A stretch of 24,000 bases of DNA from an uncultured Anaerolineae bacterium (GTDB taxonomy: Bacteria > Chloroflexota > Anaerolineae > JAFGEY01), in contig CAYRXM010000009.1 of assembly GCA_964428175.1 (NCBI GenBank), positions 6,554 to 30,553 of the forward strand. The letters run 5' to 3'. Below are positions 1 to 7,099 of this stretch, piece after piece. Numbering within the stretch: position 1 is the first letter of the stretch; each line of letters begins with the position of its first letter. Below the pieces are notes generated by a model. That model saw nothing but the letters and a program-made list of their open reading frames with translations, was not told where the DNA came from and did no database searches. A program made the translations under genes and the position numbers.

Positions 1-481
1 GCACTTCCAGGTCTCGCGCGCCGCCGCCCAACCCGACGATCACCGGATCAGTGGCGTTGGCGTGGGTCAGCAGTTCGGCTTTGTGGGCCAGCAGCGCAAA
101 TCGCGCCGACCAGGGATCGCGCACGTCGAGCACCTGAATCTGGGCGATCATTTCTGCCGCTGTGCTATAGGTGGTAAATCCGCCGCCTGCGCGGACTAGC
201 TTGGCGGCATAGCTCGCTCCGGCCACCACCGATGGCTCTTCAATGGCCATGGGGATCAAATAGTCCCGTTCGTTGATCAAGAAATTGACGGCGATGCCCA
301 GCGGCAGGTTGTGCGTGCCGACGGCGTTTTCGATCATGTGATCGGCCTGCATAATATCGAGGCCGGCGATATTCAAGGCACCGGTCTCTTGCTCGTCCAG
401 CCCGGCCCATTCGACCAACCAATGCAGGCGTTGGTCGGCGGGCTGGCGGTAAAACCCGGAGATTTGGGAGGTCTTGGTCAC
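1..481 (-). CDS. mvaA: Class II (bacterial-type) HMG-CoA reductase, N-terminal ~160 aa; the gene continues past the left edge
   Basis: Absent from the ORF track because it runs off the window. My reverse-strand translation from GTG (481..479) has no stops: VTKTSQISGFYRQPADQRLHWLVEWAGLDEQETGALNIAGLDIMQADHMIENAVGTHNLPLGIAVNFLINERDYLIPMAIEEPSVVAGASYAAKLVRAGGGFTTYSTAAEMIAQIQVLDV...GGGARDLEV. It is collinear with Pseudomonas mevalonii-type HMGR (MIEN.IG...LP, NF.IN, PMA.EEPSVVA, GGFTT). An AAGGA sequence lies ~10 nt upstream of the GTG. Confidence 0.85.
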   Translation of the reverse strand, partial: MTKTSQISGFYRQPADQRLHWLVEWAGLDEQETGALNIAGLDIMQADHMIENAVGTHNLPLGIAVNFLINERDYLIPMAIEEPSVVAGASYAAKLVRAGGGFTTYSTAAEMIAQIQVLDVRDPWSARFALLAHKAELLTHANATDPVIVGLGGGARDLEV

Positions 482-734
482 GTGGTTGTAATCCTTTTCG
501 GCGAGATGGCATAAAACAAGCCCCGTTGGTGGGGCTGTGTTTGGGTAGAGTATAACACATTCGCGCTGTCAAAACCTATCAGATTGTTTGTGTTTTGGGG
601 GATTTGCCGGTTTGTGCGTCGGTTGATGCTGCTTTTATGGTGCTGCTGTCCGGGCAAACGCCCGGCGCATTGCCTGTGCCCAATCTCGCGCAATCCCACC
701 CAAAAATAAAGGACACCCCAGCGACTGTGCGAGG

Positions 735-762
735 TTGCGGCGGAGCGCGTTACGTCGTATAA
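735..762 (+). promoter_or_regulatory. Sigma70-like promoter TTGCGG-17-TATAAT for the small Cys-rich ORF
   Basis: TTGCGG at 735-740, a 17-nt spacer, and TATAAT at 757-762. It lies ~50 nt upstream of the ATG at 811. Confidence 0.45.
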
Positions 763-810
763 TGAGGTACCGGAGTATCTGCCCAAGCTGTTCCTGTGAA
801 AGGAGTGACC

Positions 811-1029
811 ATGCCGGAAACAGTTTCTCCCATCCCCGAAGAGGTGGCGACCCGCCTTTGTGCCGAGATCGCTGCTCAAAACCGGGGCAAGTGGTATACC
901 TTTAGTGGGCTGTGGTGCTGGGGCTGCGTTACCTTTACCGGCGGCGACCCGGCCAAACGCTGCTTTTATCATCCGCCCGATTTTCGCGGCTGTTCGCAGG
1001 TCAACAGACGGTATGAGCGCGAGACGTGA
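811..1029 (+). CDS. Hypothetical 72-aa Cys-rich protein (CWGC motif)
   Basis: ATG 811 is preceded by AAAGGAG (799-805) with a 5-nt spacer, which I prefer over the track's GTG 796. The protein has five Cys, including C36-W-G-C39. Third codon positions are GC-rich like the neighbouring genes. I recognise no family. Confidence 0.5.
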   Translation: MPETVSPIPEEVATRLCAEIAAQNRGKWYTFSGLWCWGCVTFTGGDPAKRCFYHPPDFRGCSQVNRRYERET

Positions 1030-1088
1030 AACGTAAAACGTGATGGCTGGAATGCCATAGCCCGTATTCTTAACCCTCACGTTTCACG
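1025..1088 (+). repeat. Palindromic intergenic element, family 'CGTGAAAYGYAAAACGTGAKGG ... CCTCACGTTTCAC', copy 1 (terminator-like)
   Basis: The left arm CGTGAAACGTAAAACGTGATGG (1025-1046) contains the TGA stop of the upstream ORF. The right arm is CCCTCACGTTTCACG (1074-1088). CGTGAAACGT and ACGTTTCACG form a perfect 10-bp inverted repeat. An inner ATGGC-N6-GCCAT hairpin is also present. A second copy lies at 6608-6658 in the opposite orientation. Confidence 0.55.
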
Positions 1089-1105
1089 CATCATACCTTA
1101 CGCAG

Positions 1106-1130
1106 TACGAAATACGAAATACGCAATACA
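1106..1130. repeat. Short tandem heptamer repeat (TACGAAA TACGAAA TACGCAA TACA)
   Basis: Read directly from the sequence upstream of the GH38 gene. Confidence 0.7.
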
Positions 1131-1175
1131 AAACACTTGTACGCACAGAATCATAATCAATTACAGGAGGATTTT

Positions 1176-4100
1176 ATGCTTACCATCGAATGGAGACGCC
1201 GGGTTGAAAACTGGCGCCGTGAATTGATCGAGCACCTGTATCGCCCGCTGGAGCCGTTGGCCCTGCAAGGGTTTATCACCAAGGCCCAACACACCGTCGA
1301 AGAGGCGGCGGCGATGGACGGCTATCAACCGTTTCCGTCCGGCACCCGGTGGGGGGCCAAGTGGGAATACGGCTGGTTCAAAAGCCAGGTGACGCTGCCC
1401 GAGGCGGCCCGAGGCGAGCGCATCGTGCTAATGCTCGACGTGGGTGGCGAAGCGGCGGTGTACGTCAACGGCCAAGCCATCGGCACAGCCAACTCGCGCC
1501 CGCCGTGGATGCGTCCCGAACATACCGTTGCCTTTTATCACGAACTGCTGCTCTCGTCCAGCGGCGTGCCGGGCACCAGCTATGACGTGATGATCGAAGG
1601 CTATGCCGGGCACGGCCCGATGAAGGCCTACGCCGGGCCGACGCCGCCGGGCCGCGAGTCGGTGCCCGAGCCGCCGCCCCAGCAAGCGACGATCGGCGCG
1701 TGCACCGTGGGCGTGTGGCAAGAGGATGCGTACCAGCTCGCCATCGACGTGCAGACGCTCTTTGAGGTGCGCGAAGCCCTGGACGCGGACTCGCTGCGTG
1801 TGCAAGAGATCGACGCCGGGCTGCGCGACTTTACCACCATCGTCGATTTTGAAGTGCCCAACGACGAGATGCTCGAAACGGTGCGTCAATGCCGCGCGCG
1901 GCTCAAGCCGCTGCTCGAATGCGTCAACGGCTCCACCGCGCCGACGCTCTATGCTTTCGGCCACTCGCACATCGACGTGGCCTGGCTGTGGCCGCTGGCC
2001 GAAACCGAGCGCAAGTGTGTGCGCACCTTTGGCAACCAGCTTGCCCTGATGGAGCTGTACCCCGAATACAAATTCCTGCAAAGCCAGCCGCACCTGTACT
2101 GGATGGTCAAGACCAAGTATCCCAAGATGTACGAGCGGGTCAAGGCCGCCATCGACCAGGGCCGGTTTTTGCCGGAGGGCGGCCTGTGGGTCGAGCCGGA
2201 CACCAACATTTCCAGCGGCGAAAGCCTGATCCGCCAGTTTGTCCACGGCAAGCGCTTTTTCAAGGACGAATTCGGCGTCGATTGCGAGTTGATGTGGCTG
2301 CCGGACGTGTTTGGTTATTCCGGCGCGCTGCCACAGATCATGAAGGGCTGCGGGATCAAGTATTTTTCCACCCAAAAGATTTTCTGGGCCTACAACAGCG
2401 ATGTGAAATTCCCATTCAACACGTTTTGGTGGGAGGGCATCGACGGCTCGCAGGTGCTGGTGCATCTGCACAACGATTACAACTCGATGACCAACCCGGC
2501 CATGATCATCAGCCGTTGGAAAGAGCGCGTGCAAAAAGACGGCTTTGATACCCGCCTGGTGCCCTTTGGCTGGGGCGACGGCGGCGGCGGGCCGACCCGC
2601 ACGCATCTCGAATTTCTGCGCCGCCAGCGCAACCTGGAAGGCGCGCCCAAGGTGGTGATCGCCTCACCGATCGACTATTTCAAGGATCAAGAGAAAAAAC
2701 CGGTCACCGAGCGCTACGTCGGTGAACTGTATTTCCAGGCCCATCGCGGCACCTACACCTCGCAAGCGAAAACCAAGCTGGGCAACCGCCGCAGCGAGTT
2801 CGGCCTGCGCGAAGCCGAGATGTGGGGCGTCGCCGCCGGTCTGCTCAAAGGGTTCACCTACCCGGCCGCCAAAATGGATGAACTGTGGAAGCTGGTGCTG
2901 CTCAACCAGTTCCACGACATCTTGCCCGGCTCATCGGTGGCGCGCGTGTACGAGGAGGCCGAAGCCGACTATGCCACAGTGATCGCTGGGGCCAAAGCGG
3001 CGACCCAGGCGGCTGCCGAGACACTGGTGCAGGACAACCAGAACGCCCTGACCGTATTCAACTCGCTGAGTTGGGCGCGCCGGGTGCTGCTGCCGCTGCC
3101 GGCCGGCTGGCACGGCGCAAAAGGCACGGACGGCCTGCTGACCACGCAAAAGATCGACGGCGCGGTCTACGTCGAGGTGGCAGTGCCTGCCTGCGGCTGG
3201 ACGACGATCCACGCCGCCGACCCGCTGGCGATGGCGAGCGGCCTCAAGGCCGCGCCCAACCTGCTCGAAAACGAGCTGATCCGCGTCGAACTGGACGCGA
3301 CCGGCCGGATCACGCGCATCTATGACAAAGAGGCCGACCGCGAGTTAGCCGCCGGGCCGTGCAACGACCTCAAGATGTACAAGGACGTACCCACCAACTG
3401 GGACGCCTGGGACCTCGACAGCATGTACGAAGACACACCGGTCGCGCTGGACGAGGCGGCCACCGTGGTCGTGCTCGACGCCGGCCCGCTGGTGGCGCGG
3501 CTCCGGGTCACGCGCACGCTGCACAACTCGCCCATGACCCAGACGATCAGCCTGCGCCGGGGCAGCCGCCGCGTCGATTTCCACACCGTGATCGACTGGA
3601 ACGAAAGCCACAAGCTGCTCAAGGTCAATTTCCCGGCCAACGTCTACAGCACCGAGGCGCTGCACGAAATCCAGTTCGGGCACCTGGCGCGGCCCACGCA
3701 CAAATCGCAGCCCTTTGACGCCGAGCGCTTTGAAGTGTCGATGCACAAATGGTCGGCGCTGGTGGAGGGGAAGCGCGGCTTTGCGGTGCTCAACGACTGC
3801 AAGTACGGCTGCAACGTCAATGGCAACAGCATCAACCTGACCCTGCTCAAATCGGCGCTGGCTCCGGATATGACCGCCGACAAGGGCCGCCAGGAGTTCA
3901 CCTATGCCTTTTACGCCTGGAACGGCACCCTGTTCGACAGCGGCCTGGTGCAGGAGGGCTATGACCTCAACGTGCCGCCCGTTGCCGCACAAGGTCAGGG
4001 CGGCGAGGGATCTCTGTTTGGCGTCGATGCGTCCAACGTGATCGTCGAGACGGTCAAGCCGGCCGAGGACGGCAGCGGCGATGTTGTCGTTCGCCTGTAC

Positions 4101-4271
4101 GAGTCGATGCGCACGGCCACCCGCTGCACGCTGAGCACGGCACTACCTTTCGGCAGCGCTTGGCAGACCAACATGCTCGAAAAAGTCGAGTGCGATCTGG
4201 CGTTAAAAGATGGGCAGATCGTGCTGGACCTGCACCCGTTCGAGGTCAAGACGATCCGGCTGAGCAAATAG
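1176..4271 (+). CDS. Glycoside hydrolase family 38 alpha-mannosidase (1031 aa, no signal peptide)
   Basis: GH38 motifs are present: GHSHIDVAWLWP, and MWLPDVFGYSGALPQI (PD.FG nucleophile region). The length is typical of cytosolic bacterial GH38 enzymes. I chose ATG 1176 (MLTIEWRRR) because AGGAGG lies 6-7 nt upstream; the track's start at 1137 is a TTG without an SD. Confidence 0.93.
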   Translation: MLTIEWRRRVENWRRELIEHLYRPLEPLALQGFITKAQHTVEEAAAMDGYQPFPSGTRWGAKWEYGWFKSQVTLPEAARGERIVLMLDVGGEAAVYVNGQAIGTANSRPPWMRPEHTVAFYHELLLSSSGVPGTSYDVMIEGYAGHGPMKAYAGPTPPGRESVPEPPPQQATIGACTVGVWQEDAYQLAIDVQTLFEVREALDADSLRVQEIDAGLRDFTTIVDFEVPNDEMLETVRQCRARLKPLLECVNGSTAPTLYAFGHSHIDVAWLWPLAETERKCVRTFGNQLALMELYPEYKFLQSQPHLYWMVKTKYPKMYERVKAAIDQGRFLPEGGLWVEPDTNISSGESLIRQFVHGKRFFKDEFGVDCELMWLPDVFGYSGALPQIMKGCGIKYFSTQKIFWAYNSDVKFPFNTFWWEGIDGSQVLVHLHNDYNSMTNPAMIISRWKERVQKDGFDTRLVPFGWGDGGGGPTRTHLEFLRRQRNLEGAPKVVIASPIDYFKDQEKKPVTERYVGELYFQAHRGTYTSQAKTKLGNRRSEFGLREAEMWGVAAGLLKGFTYPAAKMDELWKLVLLNQFHDILPGSSVARVYEEAEADYATVIAGAKAATQAAAETLVQDNQNALTVFNSLSWARRVLLPLPAGWHGAKGTDGLLTTQKIDGAVYVEVAVPACGWTTIHAADPLAMASGLKAAPNLLENELIRVELDATGRITRIYDKEADRELAAGPCNDLKMYKDVPTNWDAWDLDSMYEDTPVALDEAATVVVLDAGPLVARLRVTRTLHNSPMTQTISLRRGSRRVDFHTVIDWNESHKLLKVNFPANVYSTEALHEIQFGHLARPTHKSQPFDAERFEVSMHKWSALVEGKRGFAVLNDCKYGCNVNGNSINLTLLKSALAPDMTADKGRQEFTYAFYAWNGTLFDSGLVQEGYDLNVPPVAAQGQGGEGSLFGVDASNVIVETVKPAEDGSGDVVVRLYESMRTATRCTLSTALPFGSAWQTNMLEKVECDLALKDGQIVLDLHPFEVKTIRLSK

Positions 4272-4275
4272 CAAG

Positions 4276-4360
4276 TGGCAAATCGCAATGCAGGCCATGT
4301 CAGATCAACCGGCTGTGTATTGATATGGCAATGCAGTTGCGATTTGCTGTTTGCAATTTT
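4276..4360 (+). repeat. ~85-nt structured intergenic element, copy 1 (70-nt imperfect palindrome plus a T-rich, promoter-like tail)
   Basis: The outer stem GCAAATCGCAA (4278-4288) pairs perfectly with TTGCGATTTGC (4337-4347). TGCA pairs with TGCA. The inner stem is CCATGTCA (4295-4302) with TGATATGG (4321-4328). The element aligns along its length with 5085-5170. Confidence 0.7.
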
Positions 4361-4380
4361 ATGCTATACAAGGAGATCGA

Positions 4381-5079
4381 ATGGCAATGAGCGATTCTGA
4401 ACGCCAGGAATTGTTGGCTCTCTATGCCCCGCTGCGTGTCGCCGACGTGCGCGATGGGATGGACTGGAACATGATGCACCATTACGGCTCGCTGTCGCCC
4501 GATGTTCGCCCGCTGTGGCGCACACGCGCGGTAGGCATCGCCCGCACGGCGCGCTACCTGCCCTTCCAGGGGCCTATGCCGTCGATGAACGCCCAAGAAT
4601 ATACCGAGTGGTCGGGCTGGTATTACAACACTGTCTGCACCTATCCGTGGATGAACGAGATTCAGCCCGGCGATTTTTGCGTGATCGACCAGAGCGGCGT
4701 CGATGTGGGACTGATGGGATCGAACAATTCGCTGGCCGGCGTGCGCGACGGCGCGGTCGGCTATGTGACCAACGGCGGCATGCGCGACACCGACGAACTG
4801 ATCCTGCAAAAAATCCCCTTTTGGTCGAAATTCGTTTCCCAGGGGATGGTGCAGGCGCGCTTGCAGTTCGACGCGATGGACGTGCCGGTAGCCGTCGGTG
4901 GGGTGGTGATCTGCCCCGGTGATGTCGTTGTCGCCGACGGTGATGGCGTGATCGTCGTGCCGCGTAAAATGGCCCATGATGTCGCCCAATATGCCCGGCG
5001 CGAGCTGGAAAACGACAAAGTGGGCCGCCGCAAGCTCTACGAATCGCTGAGGATGGCGTTGGACGAGACAGTGCTGTAA
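4381..5079 (+). CDS. RraA-family protein (RraA / 4-hydroxy-4-methyl-2-oxoglutarate aldolase-like fold), 232 aa
   Basis: The C-terminal GDVVVADGDGVIVVP and central GYVTNGGMRDTDE motifs are typical of the RraA/HMG-aldolase family. ATG 4381 is preceded by AAGGAG with a 5-nt spacer. Confidence 0.8.
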   Translation: MAMSDSERQELLALYAPLRVADVRDGMDWNMMHHYGSLSPDVRPLWRTRAVGIARTARYLPFQGPMPSMNAQEYTEWSGWYYNTVCTYPWMNEIQPGDFCVIDQSGVDVGLMGSNNSLAGVRDGAVGYVTNGGMRDTDELILQKIPFWSKFVSQGMVQARLQFDAMDVPVAVGGVVICPGDVVVADGDGVIVVPRKMAHDVAQYARRELENDKVGRRKLYESLRMALDETVL

Positions 5080-5084
5080 GTAAA

Positions 5085-5170
5085 TGGCCAATAGCAAGGC
5101 AGGCCATGTCAAATCAACTGGCTGGGCATTGACATGGCGATACAGTTGCGATTTGTAATTTGTAATTTTT
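5085..5170 (+). repeat. ~85-nt structured intergenic element, copy 2
   Basis: The inner stem GCCATGTCAA (5103-5112) pairs perfectly over 10 bp with TTGACATGGC (5129-5138). The outer stem CCAATAGCAA/TTGCGATTTG pairs at 8 of 10 positions. The blocks GCAGGCCATGTCA and CAGTTGCGATTTG are identical to copy 1. Confidence 0.7.
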
Positions 5171-5187
5171 GAATGGAGGCGTTTTCA

Positions 5188-6570
5188 ATGGCGAAACGAA
5201 TTGTTTTGATCGGCGCGGGGAGCGCGCAGTTTGGCTATGGCACGATGGGCGACATTTTCCAGAGCAAGGTGTTGGCCGGCAGCCACGTCGTGCTGCACGA
5301 CATCAACCCCGACACGTTGGCGACCGTCGAGAAGGCCGGGCAGGCGTTCATCCAGGAACACAATCTGCTCTTCACCCTCTCGGCGACCACGTCGCGGCCC
5401 GAGGCGCTGCAAGGGGCCGACTTTTGCATCAGCTCGATCGAGGTGGGCAACCGCTTTGAGCTGTGGGAGCAGGACTGGCGCATCCCGCAGCAGTACGGCA
5501 TCCGCCAGGTCTACGGCGAGAACGGCGGGCCGGGCGGCCTGTTCCACTCGTTGCGTATCATCCCGCCGATTTTGGACATCTGCGGCGACGTGATGAGAAT
5601 CTGCCCCGATGCCTGGGTGTTCAATTTCAGCAACCCGATGAGCCGCATCTGCACCACAGTCAAGCGCAAATATCCGGCACTCAACCTGGTCGGCCTGTGC
5701 CACGAGATCGGCTCGCTGCACCGACACCTGCCGCGCTTGCTGGGCGTGCCTTACGAGCAACTCAAGGTGCGCGCGGGCGGCCTCAACCATTTCAGCGTGC
5801 TGCTGGAATGCGCGTACAAAGAGACAGGCCAGGATGCTTATCCCAAAATTTTGGAAAAAGCGCCGGCCTATTTCGAAAACCTGCCGACGATGCGCCAGAC
5901 AATCGAGGTGATGCGCAAGGCCCATGAACGGCGCGAAAGTGAGCACGCCATTCTTGACGAGGCCGCTCTGCTGCGCGAGATGGAGGCACTGGAAACGGCG
6001 CACCCATGGGCCGAACGCGGCCTGTTCAGGGTGATCCTGGAAAAGTTTGGCCTGCTGCCGATCACCACCGACAGCCATTTTGGCGAGTACGTCCAGTGGG
6101 CCTACGACACCGTGGATCACAGCGGCATTCTCGACTTTTACATGTTTTACAAGGGTTTCTTGTCTCAGGCCGGGCCGCCCAAGATTGAGCTGCGCCTGAC
6201 CGAGCGGGTGATCCCGATCATCGAGGGCATTATCACCGATTCCGGCTATGAGGAAGAAGCAGTCAACATTCCCAACGAGGGGCTGATCGCAGATTTGCCC
6301 TCCTGGCTGTCGGTCGAAGTGCCGGCGACGGTGGACAAGAACGGCGTCCACGGCGTGCCGCTGCCCAACTATCCGCGGGGCATGCTCGGCCTGCTGCAAA
6401 ATCAGGTCGCCGTCCACGATATGACCGCCGAGGCAGTGATCAACGGCTCCAAGGCGAACGCGCTGCAAGCACTGCTGGTCGACCCGATTGTGGACAAGTG
6501 CGCCGCGGTCGAAGAGATGCTGGAGGTGATGATCGAGCTTCAGGAAAAGTGGCTGGGCTATCTCAAGTAA
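5188..6570 (+). CDS. Glycoside hydrolase family 4 (NAD+/Mn2+-dependent alpha-glucosidase/alpha-galactosidase type), 460 aa
   Basis: An N-terminal Rossmann motif KIVLIGAGSAQFG is present, with FSNPMS and GLCHEIGS (the GH4 Cys-His metal site region). ATG 5188 is preceded by GGAGG with an 8-nt spacer. Confidence 0.9.
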   Translation: MAKRIVLIGAGSAQFGYGTMGDIFQSKVLAGSHVVLHDINPDTLATVEKAGQAFIQEHNLLFTLSATTSRPEALQGADFCISSIEVGNRFELWEQDWRIPQQYGIRQVYGENGGPGGLFHSLRIIPPILDICGDVMRICPDAWVFNFSNPMSRICTTVKRKYPALNLVGLCHEIGSLHRHLPRLLGVPYEQLKVRAGGLNHFSVLLECAYKETGQDAYPKILEKAPAYFENLPTMRQTIEVMRKAHERRESEHAILDEAALLREMEALETAHPWAERGLFRVILEKFGLLPITTDSHFGEYVQWAYDTVDHSGILDFYMFYKGFLSQAGPPKIELRLTERVIPIIEGIITDSGYEEEAVNIPNEGLIADLPSWLSVEVPATVDKNGVHGVPLPNYPRGMLGLLQNQVAVHDMTAEAVINGSKANALQALLVDPIVDKCAAVEEMLEVMIELQEKWLGYLK

Positions 6571-6626
6571 CATGTGAGGCGTGACACGTGAGGTGTGGCA
6601 CGTAAGGTGTGAAACGTGAGGCTGGG
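6571..6626. repeat. Four tandem 14-nt units (CATGTGAGGCGTGA / CACGTGAGGTGTGG / CACGTAAGGTGTGA / AACGTGAGGCTGGG)
   Basis: Read directly; the period is exactly 14 nt. The last unit forms the left arm of the terminator hairpin. There are no spacers, so this is not a CRISPR array. Confidence 0.8.
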
Positions 6627-6653
6627 GTCGATCCCAGCCTCACGTTTTGCATT
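6613..6653. terminator. Bidirectional intrinsic terminator between the convergent GH4 gene and hgcB
   Basis: A perfect 14-bp stem joins AACGTGAGGCTGGG (6613-6626) and CCCAGCCTCACGTT (6633-6646), with loop GTCGAT. It is followed by TTGCATTT on the plus strand. It starts 8 nt after the hgcB stop on the minus strand. Confidence 0.75.
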
Positions 6654-7079
6654 TCACGAGCAACAACTGCTTTGGGCGTTACTTGAGCTGCAACCGCTTT
6701 CTCTGTCGTCGCGGGGGCCGCAAGTTGCCTCTTGTCGTCCGGTCAATGCCGCTGCGATCATTGCTGCGGCACAGCCCACGCCGTTGTCGACGGCGATCGC
6801 GCCGGTGGGGCAGTTACGCTGGCACGCGCCGCACTCCATACACACTTGGGCGCGGATCAATTCTGCGTGGTTTTTCCCGTGTACAAAGACACCGTGCGGG
6901 CAAACAATGCTGCATAGCCCACAGTTAATACACAAGTCAGGCGAGTAGGCCAACGTATTGACTTCATTGGTCAGCACCGATGCTCCTTGCAATGTCGCCT
7001 CGTCTTGTAGCGTCGATGTGCTGCAACACGATTTTTGGGTGGTCGTACATTCGCATGTTGTTCTAATCGTTGATGCCAT
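6654..7079 (-). CDS. hgcB: HgcB, 2x[4Fe-4S] ferredoxin of the mercury methylation pair (141 aa from ATG 7079; 107 aa if GTG 6977 is used)
   Basis: The motifs CINCGLCSIVCP and CMECGACQRNCP (HgcB signature C[MI]ECGAC) are present. The conserved GVGC cysteine and a C-terminal vicinal pair (SSCCS-stop) are also present. The gene starts 20 nt after the hgcA stop. GGAGGG lies 8 nt upstream of ATG 7079, and an alternative AAGGAG lies 5 nt upstream of GTG 6977. Confidence 0.85.
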   Translation of the reverse strand: MASTIRTTCECTTTQKSCCSTSTLQDEATLQGASVLTNEVNTLAYSPDLCINCGLCSIVCPHGVFVHGKNHAELIRAQVCMECGACQRNCPTGAIAVDNGVGCAAAMIAAALTGRQEATCGPRDDRESGCSSSNAQSSCCS

Positions 7080-7099
7080 AGATTTTTCCCTCCAGTCGA

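Noticed and set aside
515-545. A small hairpin, AGCCCC-N6-GGGGCT, with flanking T/G-rich runs lies just upstream of the mvaA start. On the minus strand it follows an extended -10-like TGtTATACT. It could be a leader attenuator.
   Set aside because: The stem is only 6 bp and I could find no alternative antiterminator structure. It may simply be a 5' stabilising hairpin. The evidence is too weak to call a regulatory element.
626-709. A 27-aa mini-ORF, MLLLWCCCPGKRPAHCLCPISRNPTQK, in the mvaA/small-ORF intergenic region.
   Set aside because: It is eye-catching for its Cys content, but it has no Shine-Dalgarno sequence. It is very short, and Cys codons arise easily from the TG-rich sequence here. 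There is no supporting evidence.
478-1080. A 200-aa minus-strand ORF spans the mvaA upstream region and lies antisense to the small Cys-rich ORF.
   Set aside because: Its composition looks random and it contains no motifs. It crosses AT-rich promoter-like DNA and the palindromic repeat, and it would overlap the mvaA start. I consider it non-coding.
6571-6626. Tandem 14-nt repeats considered as a possible CRISPR array.
   Set aside because: The units are directly adjacent with no spacers and are far shorter than CRISPR repeats. No cas genes are present.
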